Part shown: one piece after another, positions 38,095 to 49,731 of the stretch
Position numbering within the stretch: the first letter of the stretch is position 1
Layout: each line of letters begins with the position of its first letter
Source of the DNA: Octopus sinensis
Taxonomy: Eukaryota
Direction: 5' to 3'
NCBI RefSeq assembly: GCF_006345805.1
Contig: NC_043024.1
Coordinates: forward strand, 16,864,001-16,928,000
Length of the DNA: 64,000 nt
Notes under the pieces: model-generated
Seen by the model: the letters and a program-made list of their open reading frames with translations, nothing else
The model's database searches: none
Told to the model about the DNA's origin: nothing
Program-made: the position numbers and the translations under genes

Positions 38095-38510
38095 GCTGTG
38101 TGTGTGTGTGTGTGTGTGTATGAGTTTGTGTGTGTGTGCGGATGAGTTTATGTGTGTGTGTGTACGTGTGTATGAGTTTGTGTTTGTGTGTGCAGATTTT
38201 ATGTGTGTGTATGTATGCGGATGAGTTTGTGTGTGCGTATGTGTGTGTGTGTGTGTGTGTGCATATGAGTTTGTGTATATGTATGTGTGTGAGTTTCTGT
38301 GTAGACATGTATATGTGTGTGTGTGTGCATGTGTATGTGGTTGTGTGTGTACATGCACATGAATTTGTGTGCGTGCATGCATGTGAGTTTGTGTGGGAGT
38401 GTGTGTGCGTGTGTGTGTATGAGTTTGTAAGTGTGTGTGGTTGCACGCGTGTGTGTGATTATGTGTATGTATGAGTGTGTGTGTGTGTGGGTTATGTTGT
38501 AGCTAATGGG
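38095..38510. repeat. Degenerate (TG)n minisatellite
   Basis: Read directly. Confidence 0.9.
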
Positions 38511-38903
38511 AAGATAATGGAAGTTTAATTGTTTCCTGACAATGTAGATACATGTTTGTTTTAGTAATATAATGGAAAAAGGCAATGGAGCGTGGCTTAG
38601 TGGTTTGGGTAATCAGCTCATGATCACAGAGTCGTGAGTTCAATACCCCGCGACACTTTGTGTCCTTGAGCAAAACACTTTATTTCACATTGCTCCAGTC
38701 TACTCAGCTGGTGAGAACCCATAGTGCTTGCATTTCAAAGGGGTCAGTCTTTTTACATTCCAAGTCTCACTGAATCTCCCTGAGAACTACATTAACCCTT
38801 TTGTTACCATATTTTTGTTAACATCTGCTGTCTTTGTTTCAGTTAATTTTGAAATTAATGGAAAATTTAGTAAAATAACTTCCTCGTTATTAAGCTGGGG
38901 TCT

Positions 38904-39487
38904 AAAGGTGGCCAGCTGGCAGAATCATTAGCATGCCAGGCGAAATGCTTAGCAGTATTTCGTCTGCTGCTACATTTTGTGTTCAAATTCTGCTGGGGTC
39001 GACTTTGCCTTTCATCGTTTCATGGTCGATAAATTAAGTACCATTATTTACATTATTTACATTCAATGGATATTTGTCCTCATTTTGTTTGTTGTTAACA
39101 CGTTTCAGCTGATATAACCTCCAGCCTTCTTCAGGTGTCTTGGGGGAAATTTCAAACCTGGGTTCTTATTCCTAAGGTATGTAAAAATAGTAAAAATACC
39201 TTAGGAATGAGAACCCAGGTTCGAAATTTCCCCAAGACACCTGAAGAAGGCTGGAGGGTGTATCAGCTGAAACGTTGTGTTAACAACAAATAAGATGAGG
39301 ACAAATATCCATTGAATGTAAATAATGTACATAATTCCTCATCTCTCAAATATAGAACTAAAGTAAGTACCAGTAAAACACTGGGGTCAATGTAATCTAC
39401 TAGTCCACTCCTCTCAAATTAAGTCAATGTAATTGACTTAATCCCTTCCCTCAAATCTGAGGCCTTGTGCTTCCAGTGGAAAGGATT
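38904..39487 (+). mobile_element. SINE family B with ~15-bp TSD, inserted in a piggyBac-like MITE and itself interrupted by a fold-back element
   Basis: attaagctggggtct is duplicated at ~38889 and ~39488. Confidence 0.8.
39236..39281 (+). ncRNA. Minimal type-I hammerhead ribozyme motif (Penelope-like pLTR type)
   Basis: gacac-CTGAAGA-a-ggctg[gagggtgtat]cagct-GAAAC-GTT-gtgtt: stem I, intact core with an extra A after A9, stem II and GUU triplet. Confidence 0.75.
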
Positions 39488-39551
39488 ATTAAGCTGGGGT
39501 CTGGAACAAATTAGCATAAAATTCTGATGGAAGATTATAATCTAGACCACT

Positions 39552-39762
39552 TTAACCCTTTGGCATTTAAACTGGTCATATCTGGCCCAAATATTCTATT
39601 TGCTTTATGTTCAAACTGATCAGGTCCAGCCTCTCACACCTACCCTACAATGTCCAATCACATCATAAATATCTTGAAGCTATGAGATAATGCAGGATTA
39701 ATTCAAAACTATATGAATAAATGATCATATTTGAGAGGGTAACCTGGGTGCTAAAGAGTTAA
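39552..39762. mobile_element. piggyBac-like MITE (second family)
   Basis: TTAACCCTTTggca...gctaaagagTTAA; homologous to 49503-49731. Confidence 0.8.
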
Positions 39763-40587
39763 AACATTAAGTTTATGTTGTAGAACCTTGGGTGGTCTCA
39801 GGTAGGTTGGTATCGAAAGGGTTAAGCATACACATGTCTACAACATAAACTTATTGTAGTAGGAGTAGCTGTTTACATTGAGTAATGCTAGTTTTTGACA
39901 TCGGAAGGGTTAATAGATTACTGCTGTTGTTTCACCCTAGCAGACACTCCTACCATGGCTAACCAACAGTTTTATGGGCCAGAGACTATATTGTCAAAGT
40001 ATGTTCTTTATTGAGAACAGTAGGATGTGATTTGAAGGAGATTTGGCTGTTATTTCTAGTAAGTCAAACACTCACATTCAGATTCTGTTTGTTGGACAAC
40101 ATTGATTAAATCAGTAACAACAACAACAACATAAGAAACCAACAAAGGAAAATGGATGTGGTCACTTGACATTTTAGAAATAGCAGCCAAGTGTCCTTCA
40201 GATTACACCAGCCATTTTAGAAAAGACAGAGCACATTGAATAATATATTCCTAGATATTCTGTCTAACAAAAAGAAATGTGGTCACGACTGAGATGTGTT
40301 TGGTAAAAAGTCTGCTGGAGCAAGGTCGGCCTAGGGCTAAACAACAAATGGCATTTGAATGTCTACAAGGTTCAAACTACCGGAAATGGCAACCAAATCT
40401 CCTTTTAGTTACACACACTGTCTTTCTAAAATAAAGGGAGGACACAATGAATAATGTAGACCGAGATGCACTATGCCCGAGCAAAAGTCAGAATGGCCAG
40501 ATGTGAATCCTGTTTGCTGTACAATGATTGGGCTGGAACCAAAGAACAACAACAACAGAGTAACATCCATCTTTCTTCTCCTGTCAG

Positions 40588-40602
40588 TGCAGAGGAAGAC
40601 AT
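40588..40602 (+). CDS. Candidate micro-exon (15 nt, or 10 nt from the second AG at 40593)
   Basis: ctttcttctcctgtcag|TGCAG|AGGAAGACAT|gtaagg. Confidence 0.3.
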
Positions 40603-41026
40603 GTAAGGAATGTAATAGAAGAGAGACAGCATGAGATGATGGAAGCAGTCTCCAGAACTAACACCAAAGCCAAAATTAACTCTACCATTCCATTATCAAT
40701 TTCATAAAACCATTTGGAGATATCCAAACGATGCATTCAGAAATTATTTGTTAATTATCTCAACCAATCTCGATCATCGTTAAGTGCTTGTCTTTAATCA
40801 TTCTTTATGTAATATTAAGTATTGTTGTTGTTATAGATGTGTATAAGTTGATTCTAGTTGTTTGGCAGGTGATTGCTTTTGTAATTTGGTGCCAACACTG
40901 GAATAATTACATCACATGAAAGTCATTTTAACCGTTTTAAAAACACACAAAAATAGTTTTATTAACTTTCCATTTGTGTCTAAATGGTATTTTATTGCTA
41001 TTAAGTATCAAAGTGTTGTATTTCAG

Positions 41027-41119
41027 CCACTGGCACAATTCCACAGAAACTGATGTCATTATTTGTTGGGTTTCACTGCCACCAAGGGTCTCTGCCGGCA
41101 AACACGCATCTTTACCATA
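41027..41119 (+). CDS. Candidate 93-nt exon; two frames open
   Basis: gttgtatttcag| ... ata|gtaagg. Reads TGTIPQKLMSLFVGFHCHQGSLPANTHLYH or HWHNSTETDVIICWVSLPPRVSAGKHASLP; a 76-aa minus-strand ORF overlaps it. Confidence 0.4.
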
Positions 41120-42749
41120 GTAAGGTCCATATCCCAATGCTAACCCTTCTATTCTGGGCCAGAACATACTTCACCCCTCCATCCCAATAATTATCTACAC
41201 TCTCCAAACCTTAGCTGTGGGTCACAGTCAAGTACTGCTCTCTCACCTGAGATTTTGTTGCTCAACATGAAGACATCATCCTGTACCACATACGAAAAAG
41301 AGCCACTCAGCTGATTAGTGTAAAGTCACTCCCTGACATGCTCCAGCTTTTAGATTTCAGGTGTGCTGTGTCCTCTCACTGCTTTTCTACTGATATGGAA
41401 ATGGCTTCTGCACCTTAGAGTTGGGTAGGAGGGACATACTCCCCCTCCATCCCCCATGCATTCGCAATCCTCTTGTCTCTCTCTTCTCCTGTCACCCTCG
41501 AGGGTATCGAACCTTTCCCTGACCTCACTTATCCCTATGCCCAGTCCTCCCTTCACAAGACATCATCAATTAAATGAAATAATCGTTTCAAATTTTGGTA
41601 CAAGGCCAGTAATTTGGGAGGGGGGAGGGGTTACGTCAATTACATTAAACCCAATACTTAACTGGTACTTATTTTATTGACCCAGAAGGGATGAAGGGCA
41701 AAGTCGATCTTGGTGGAATTTGAACTCAAAAGCAAATATATTGGATTATAGCAAACTGTGGATGTTATATGTTACAATGGTACTGAGGCAAAGCTGTGAG
41801 GTAAGAAGTTTGCTTCCCAATCACATGGTTCCAGGTTCAGTCCCACTGTGTGACAACTTAGGCAAGTGTCTTCTGCTATAGCCCTGGGCTGACCAAAGCT
41901 TTGTGAGTGGATTTAGCGGATGAAAACTGAAAGAAGCCTGCCATATACATATATATATTTAGAGGAATATTTTTTTCAAAAAGTTAGGATTCAGACAAAA
42001 AAAAAACTTTTTAGAGAGTAGAATGGTATTGACCTTTAGGAAGGAATTTCACAAATTGTGTGTAGGCTTAAATAAATGTGCAAGCACTTTCAGTTCTCAA
42101 CCTTATCAAGTACCAATTATTTACCCTAGGTATTCAGGTCCTTTTTCCTACTACATAAGCTATTTTTGATTTAAGGTTTTCTTTGATCTTCATGATAATA
42201 TGATTGTAAACTGCAATTTCATGCAGCCGGTTATTGAAAAGACCGTTAGTTGAAAGGGCCAATGAAACAAAACCATTTTCAAGTGTGTATCTACCACGGT
42301 AATTGTATATCTATGCATATAACCATATTATGTTCTATTCCAAAGAAAACTGTCCGACAAATGGGAACCTAAAACACTGAGTAACAGTTTTTGTGAGCCA
42401 AACTTCATATAGATACTTAATGCTAGCTAATTAGCAGATAATCTAATGTAAAAGCCATGGTAAACAGTATGTGCACAGCTCCATCTGGACTATTCCATTT
42501 CTGCACACTAATTTTATTTTTAATTTATTCCTAGTTCAAGTCATTGATGCAATTTTATACCAATTGCTATTTTTACTTTTGTTATGTTACGATTATAATA
42601 TACTTTAGTTTGATTTTAATTATTACTTACTACATATAATTCAATTGTTATTATTTTTATTGTTAAAGTGAAAGTATCTGACATAAAATAGAGAAATGTT
42701 TTTGTTTCACTTTTAACATGTGATACTGAATTAGTGGAGAAGATATGAT

Positions 42750-42916
42750 ATTGCTATCGGCTCGCCCTAGGCAAGAAGTTGAACATTTTTTTTTGCCCAT
42801 GAAACTACATGGACCCTAAGTAAGGCATGTGTAAAATTTGAATGAAATTGGTTGTGTAGTTCTCAAGTTTTAGGGAAACAGACAGACACACATGCTCAGT
42901 TTTATATATATAGAGA
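42750..42916 (-). mobile_element. Non-autonomous Helitron-like element (homologous to 51964-52155)
   Basis: TC(TA)n-aaaactgag start; shares ccaatttcattcaaattttacac..gggtccat..catggg with the 51964 copy. Confidence 0.6.
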
Positions 42917-44089
42917 TAGCAATGAGTCAGTGAGTGCAGCTGTTGGTGGTTTGCTCAGCACTTGGCAAACCACCAAGTGTTTGGAGTATTCCCAGTGGTG
43001 TGGGCCCAAGGTGGGATTCTGCTGTTGAGGAAGTAAAGAAGCCCTAAGGACAAATTTGATAATTTACGAACTGGAGATTTAGAGATTTTAGTCAACGTAC
43101 TGTATGAGGGGTTGGTGCTTGTTCTCGGTAATGTCACCAATCAGAGGTAAAAATAAGGATTAGCCAGGACCATTGATAGCCATCTTATATAGTAGGGAGT
43201 ATTGATTATTAAGTATTGATCAGGTATTGGTGATGCTGTGATTAATTAACATCAAATGAAAGTATTCAACTACAAAGATAATTAGTAGTTTGGGGCTGTT
43301 GTTTGTAAACTTGGTTTAGGTTTGATTCTGTTCTTGGGTCCTCATCTCCTGAAAAAGCCATAAGGATGATGTATGTTGTCTTTTGAGTGTCTTAAATCTA
43401 GTAGAGACCATCCCTCTCCAGATCTGGACACAAGAATTTCTTTCAGAGAGAAGGAAAGAAAGCATGGAAGAAGCATTGAGCCCAAGACTTTACTTATGAA
43501 TCCTGAAAGGTTGAAAGCCAGTGGTGACATTGGTTGGGTTTGAACTGGGTCAAATACTGTAAAATCTTTGTTTTTGGCCATCTAACTCCTCTGTCACCTT
43601 GTCACCATTTCAGTCATACAGTCACAGGAACTACTAATATTATGTTCACACCATTTGTGTAGAATTATATTAGCCAAGGTTTCAATCATCCATCAATTCA
43701 TTAATGATTTTGTTTTAGGATGTTGGGTAATATTTGAGGGAGATTTAACTGGTATTTCTTACAGGTTGAGCTATTACTTCAAGGCCTCTTCTGGTTTTGC
43801 CTGTTAAAATTAATGAAAACCTTGTATTTCATTAGAAACATTACCACTAACGAGTTAAAGATTGAACTCTCTGCAGATTTTCCTTTTCAAAAACCTTCAA
43901 TTTTGTCCTTGCTTTGCTTCTGTTATAGTTCAGCATTTATAGACTTTCTGCAGCTGAATATTTTATGAATTCCCTATTTGGTAATTCTTTCCCATTCCTT
44001 TCTATTATCCTCTCTCTCTCTAATTCCATCGTTGTTATCATCATCATCATCCCTCCACACGTTTTAATCCCAATTTCCATTCCACTGTA

Positions 44090-44500
44090 TATTCTTCACT
44101 AAATCCATGCCAAGTTTCAACTTAAGAATCTATTTAATTTTCACTCTTTAAGTCATCCATGAAGAGAAAGCGATTTACTTTCTGCCACCATTCTTTAATA
44201 CCATACTTAACCATTCCATCATTCTTAGTAACAGTGTTAAAACTGTTAAACATATCAACAAAAAGTGAAGGGAATAAGCTTATCTCTCTCAAAGACTGCT
44301 TTATTGATCTTAATTCTTCATATCTCCAAACTCCTTCAACCAAACAACATCATTCTATTTCCATTGGTTCATATTCTTTACAATCCCCATTTCCTTGCCT
44401 TAGCGCCATCTTTAAACATTTCATTATCCAAGAATGAGGAATCATGTGCTTTAGAATTGATCCTTACCTTTTCAAATATTTGAATAGCGCTTCTTCTAAT
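44090..44500 (-). pseudogene. Degenerate RT fragment of an R4/NeSL-type LINE
   Basis: ..SLFPSLFV..KVNRFLFMDDLK resembles the DSLSPLLF / HLL(Y/F)MDDLK motifs. Confidence 0.7.
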
Positions 44501-44519
44501 CCTGAGATATTGATTTATC

Positions 44520-44850
44520 AGGCGTTGTTGTGCGATAAAGAAGTTTAATGTGCAACCATGTAGCTTTCAGTTCAGTCCTACTGCATGGAGTATTGGGTGA
44601 GTGTCTTCTACTGTAGCCCTTTGTGAGTGGCTTTGGTAGATGGAAACTGAAAGAAACCCATCGTATAAGTGTGTGTGCTTGTCCCCCTCATCACTGCTTG
44701 GCAACAAGTACTGTTGTGTTTCCATAACTTAGCAGTTCAGCAAATGAGACAGATAAAATAAGTACTAAGCTTATAAAGAATAACTCCTGGGATCAACATG
44801 TTCAACAAAAAACCCTTCAAGATGGTGTCCCAGCATGGTCATAGTCAAAA
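44520..44850 (+). mobile_element. Older SINE family A copy
   Basis: Degenerate match. Confidence 0.75.
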
Positions 44851-45359
44851 GCCTGAAGCAAATGAAATAGGATTTCATATCTTATACATGGATGTATAAG
44901 ATATGAATTTAGAAAATTTTGTGGGTATCACAGAAAGCTCCTCTTATGGAATTGGTTAACAATCCACTAGCATGGAAAACTGACGTTAAACGATGATGAT
45001 GATGATGATAGTAAATCCAATACAGAGAAGAGTTATGCAGAGTGTCCATGCAGCTGAAATACAGAAGAGCTCATCAATGGAATCACTTCATGAGGTGTAT
45101 GTAAACCATGAAAGGTCAGGAGATATGAGAGATGAATATATTTTCATAATCACTTGACATCCTTAAGGTTACAGCTGTTTCACAGCCTTCTTCATGTAGC
45201 AATAATTTCACTATGGAATAAAATTATGTTTACATGATTCCATCAATAATCATGCTTTGCATTCTAAAATGTGATTGCTTATTCACAAATCAATGCAAGT
45301 AAAGAAAGCTAGCTCATCAGATCATCAGAATATGATGGTTTCACCAGTGATTCAAATCT

Positions 45360-45745
45360 AAGTCATCATCATCGTTTAACGTCCACCTTCTATGCAAGTA
45401 TGGTTGAGATGGTTCCAGAAGAGCTGTTTTGGCAGGTGTTTTACCGCTAGATGCCCTTCCTAACACCAACCACTCAGCAGAGTAGACTTAGTGCTTTTTA
45501 CATGGTACCAGCACAAGCAAAGTCAGTCTTTACAAGGGTTTTACAGCTGGATGCCCTTCCTAAAACCAGCCACCCTGTAGAATGGACTGAGTGGTTTTAC
45601 ATAATGCAAGCATAGACAAGGTCAGTTTTGGCATGGTTTTTACAGCTGGATACCTTTCTGAACACCAACCACTTTACAGTGTGGCCTGGGTGCTTTTAAG
45701 TGGTACCTGCACTGACAGGGTCACCAAGTACTTGCAAGACGAAAC
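45360..45745 (-). mobile_element. RTE-LINE 3' end with an internally triplicated UTR segment
   Basis: ttttac(a/c)gct(g/a)gat(g/a)cc(c/t)ttc..aa..ccaaccac occurs three times. Confidence 0.8.
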
Positions 45746-46692
45746 AAAAAGAAAATCTCTTTATATATACAAAGTATGGAAGCCTGAAATAAGCTTGGTT
45801 TGGTCAGTAAAAATAAAGATATTGTTTCATATCACCTAAGGTGGTAGATAAAAGTTTAGTGAGTTAACCATCTTTAATGTTAACAAAAAAAAAAAACCCA
45901 GAAAGGGATAAAAAGAAGAAAAGCAGCTAAAGCAAATATAACAAAATACATAAAACAAAAATGTATATACAATTATATATAAAGAAACAAATATATATAT
46001 ACATATATAAAATGAAAAATGCACATTGTGTACAGGACATCACCGACAAGTGAAAAATATGTAAACACACGAGAGATAAGTACAGGACAAAATAGCCGTC
46101 TTATTATTTATCTCTCATGATTACATATTCTTCACTCTTTGGTGATGTCCTCTACACAATGTGTATTTTTCATTTTATTTATTTATAATCGAATGCCACA
46201 CAGCCTTGATGACAGTAAGTTCTTATACATATATATATATATATAAAAATGCAAAATGGGACAAGAACGCAAAACATTCAAATAGACGACACAAAAAATG
46301 GACGGGTCATTCGAAGCCTCTAATCTTCAGTCAAGAACCAGATCATCCTCGCAATTTCGGCTGATTAATCTTGAGATCGCTCCGATCCGGCCAGCCCCAA
46401 GGAAAAACTAAGCTACAAGCATTAGATTTCTTGGAAAAAGGATCGAATGTATACGAAACAAGGACAGTAAAACAGACGATGCCACACAAATATAAATAAT
46501 GTTCTTCCTAGAGTTAAAGTGAAATTTTTTATGTTCGCTGCCCACACACATCTTTGCCAGAATTTATACAGTGAAGCTTTACTATAGCATCATAAAATTA
46601 TCGACTGCTATTTCCAGTAAACATTGGTGCCTTGTTGTACCACTATCCTATATTTATTTATATTTATAGATATGTAGAGAGAGAGAGAGAAG

Positions 46693-46785
46693 TAATGCAG
46701 TATGATCGTTTCATGCAACTCCATTTAATTGGACAATGCAATCATTACATCAATTTAAAATGCAGAGCAATCTTCAGCTACACAA
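46693..46785 (-). ncRNA. Hammerhead motif, mirror arm of the 46692-47121 palindrome
   Basis: Minus strand: tgtag-CTGAAGA-long stem II-GAAAC-gatc-ATA-ctgca. Confidence 0.6.
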
Positions 46786-47030
46786 AGACATAGAATTTGA
46801 TTAAATTAGAACAGATTATGCCTAAAATCTCCAAGAAGTTAAGGAGATAGATAAAGAACATGTCTCTACTTCAGCATAGAAGTTACTCTACTTCACTACA
46901 TCATCATAGAGTAACTTCTATGCTGAAGTAGAGACAACTCATTCTTTATCTATCTCCTTAACTTCTCGGAGATTTTATAATTACACTAATGTGTCCATCT
47001 GTTCTAATTTAATTAAAGTCTATGTCTTTG

Positions 47031-47117
47031 TGCAGCTGAAGATTGCTCTACATTTTAAATTGATGTAATGATTGCATTGTTCAATTAAATGGAGTTGCAT
47101 GAAACAATCGTACTGCA
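47031..47117 (+). ncRNA. Minimal type-I hammerhead motif with an extended stem II
   Basis: tgcag-CTGAAGA(47036)-ttgctctacattttaaattga..tcaattaaatggagttgcat-GAAAC(47101)-aatc-GTA-ctgca. Confidence 0.7.
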
Positions 47118-47562
47118 TTACCTCTGGATATCCTTGTTGCTTATTTTGATTTTAATCACCTTACTTTGAAATTGTATGGATTATACCATACTAAATTCTG
47201 GTGCCTCAGCTTAAGTACCATATTCATCTGAATCTAAATTTTTGTTGAACTCATCTACCATACCCAAAGTGTTCCTGTCATAACTGTGCCTCTAGATACA
47301 GTGTATCTAGAATAACATTATTCTGTATGACCCTTGTTAAAAAGACTGATTTGAGAAATGTTTGGCTGCTACATGCAGGAAGAGGAAAGACCAAAGAGAT
47401 TTCCTCATTGCCTCGTTAGCCATTTTACGAAAATATATATTGTGTTAAGAGGTGACCTTATGAGAAAGACTGGCTTCCAAGATTTGTGTTTATGTATGAA
47501 TGAATGAATGCATGTGTGTGCATACATACATTTATATATGTAGACATACACACATACATACA

Positions 47563-47598
<36 letters not shown>

Positions 47599-47790
47599 TA
47601 CATATATATGCCTGTATTATGTATATATTTGTGTGAGATGGAGGAGGAAGAAATGTAAAGGATGGCGCATTTACACCTCCTGTCTCCGTGCCCCCCTGTC
47701 ACATTTCCATAACAAGACCAAACATTGACCAACCAACCTAGTGATGATGGCTTACACCTAATTAGTGACCTGGCTTTCTTTTCTTGTCAG

Positions 47791-47872
47791 GACAGGATAC
47801 TGCAAATTATAGGGAATTTGGCCAATATCAAAGAAAATTACTGATCTTGATTCTGATAATAACACCTACTGG
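47791..47872 (+). CDS. Candidate 82-nt exon
   Basis: Very strong acceptor ctttcttttcttgtcag| and donor tgg|gtaata; open as QDTANYREFGQYQRKLLILILIITPT (phase 1-2). Confidence 0.45.
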
Positions 47873-48246
47873 GTAATATATTTGCATGCGTATATTATCC
47901 CCATCATTGTACATAGATGTATATATATCTTATTTATATGTTTCTCTTTCCTTCTCTCTCTCTCTCTTTCTACCTATATATATATATATTATACACACAT
48001 GCACGCACACACACACACACACACATATCACCATCATAAATTGCTGTGTTCATGTTGACATGGTATACAAAAATTGATGTTCTGATTCTTAGCTCAAAAA
48101 TTCTCTCTTAACTTTATACCAACTGCTTAGGTTGACCTCCCAACCATACAACTGCTGCTCTACTGATGTCACTTTTACTGCCAGCTGTGTTTATGGCCTT
48201 TCTCTTTAATGGCTCTATATCAGTGTACTCCATATTATAATAACCA

Positions 48247-48615
48247 GGCATAGGAGTGGCTGTGTGGTAAGTAGCTTACTTACCAACCACATTGTTCCAG
48301 GTTCAGTCCCACTTCATGGCCCCTACTATATCCTCGGGTTGACCAAATCCTTGTGAGAGGATTTGGTAGATGGAAGCTGAAAGAAGCCCATCATATATAT
48401 GTGTGTGTATATGTTTGTGTGTCTGTCTGTCCCTCCAACATCACTTGACAACCGATGCTGGTGTGTTTATGTCACCATAACTTAGCGGTTCAGCAAAAGA
48501 GACCGATAGAATAAGTACTAAGCTTACAAAGAATAAGTCCTGTGGTCGATTTGCTCGACTAAAGGCAGTGCTCCAGCATAACCACAGTCAAATGACTGAA
48601 ACAAGTAAAAGAGTA
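48247..48615 (+). mobile_element. SINE family A
   Basis: Match to the family. Confidence 0.88.
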
Positions 48616-48819
48616 GGTGTACACCTGTTGCGATATGCCTGAATATGCCATGACTATTGGTGACTGTAACATACACTCTATATTCTATAATAAAACACCA
48701 TAGTACCTCAGTAAAACCATTCTTACTGGTACTCTCTGTAATTTGTAGTAATGATGTGAATAAACTACTACTACTGCTGCTACCTGTCCTGTTTGATCAA
48801 CTACAAAACTGTTTGTCTG

Positions 48820-49255
48820 ATATTTTTCTACTCTAAGCATAAGGCATGAAGTTTTGGGCGAGGGTGGTCAGTCGATTAGATTGACCCCAGTATGCTACTG
48901 GTACGTAATCTATCAACCCCGAAAGGATGAACGACAAAGTTGACTTCGGTGGAATTTGAACTCAGAACATAAAGACAGATGAAATACTGCTAAGCATTTC
49001 ACCTGGTATGCTAGCGTTTCTGTCACCTCACCACCTTAAATATTCTTTTCTATTTGAGGCACGAGGTCTGAAATTTTTGGAAGGGGGCAAGTGGATTTGA
49101 TTGACCCCATTATGCAACTAGTACTTAATTTATTGACCCTGGAATGATGAAAGGCAAAGTTGACCATGGCAGAATTTGAACTCAGGATGTAAAGACAGCC
49201 GAAATACTGCTAAGCATTTTGCCCGGCATGCCAACATTTCTGCCAGTTTGCCACT
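48820..49255 (-). mobile_element. Two tandem SINE family B copies
   Basis: Reverse match, twice. Confidence 0.85.
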
Positions 49256-49502
49256 TTGCAAATTAGTCTGATACTAATGCAGTTAGGGTTAAGGTGTCAT
49301 TGTCTTCAGTTTCTGAATGCTAAATCTGGAAATGGTTTTCCTGGATGGTTCCACCAACCAAAAAACATAGATATAATACCACTTTCAGACTAAAAAGCGT
49401 TGCTTTAGTAAATCTCTTCAAATAACAGCAAGGAAGTTATGGAGTGAATGAAAATTTGTTTCAGGAAGAAAAGTAAAGTCTTCCTGAAGAAGTTGTCTAA
49501 CA

Positions 49503-49731
49503 TTAACCCTTTAGCAGTTAATCTGGCTGTATCCAACCCAAAATATTCAACTTGTTTTATGTTCAAATTGTCCAGATCTAGCCTCTCAAACCAGCCCTAC
49601 AATGTCATTCTATAAATAAATAGTTACCTTATCAAAATATTAAAGCTACAAGATAATGCGTGATTAATTCAAAACAATGTGAATAAATAAGAATTACTTT
49701 CAACAGGATGATGTCAATACTAAATGGTTAA
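49503..49731. mobile_element. piggyBac-like MITE, degenerate right end
   Basis: TTAACCCTTTagc...aatactaaatggTTAA; colinear with 39552-39762. Confidence 0.75.

Noticed and set aside
41112-47233. Minus-strand exon candidates near 41150-41115, 42368-42295 and 47233-47165
   Set aside because: Phases give TGA or mismatches when joined to the 32315 exon, and they lie beyond the candidate promoter at 35 kb.
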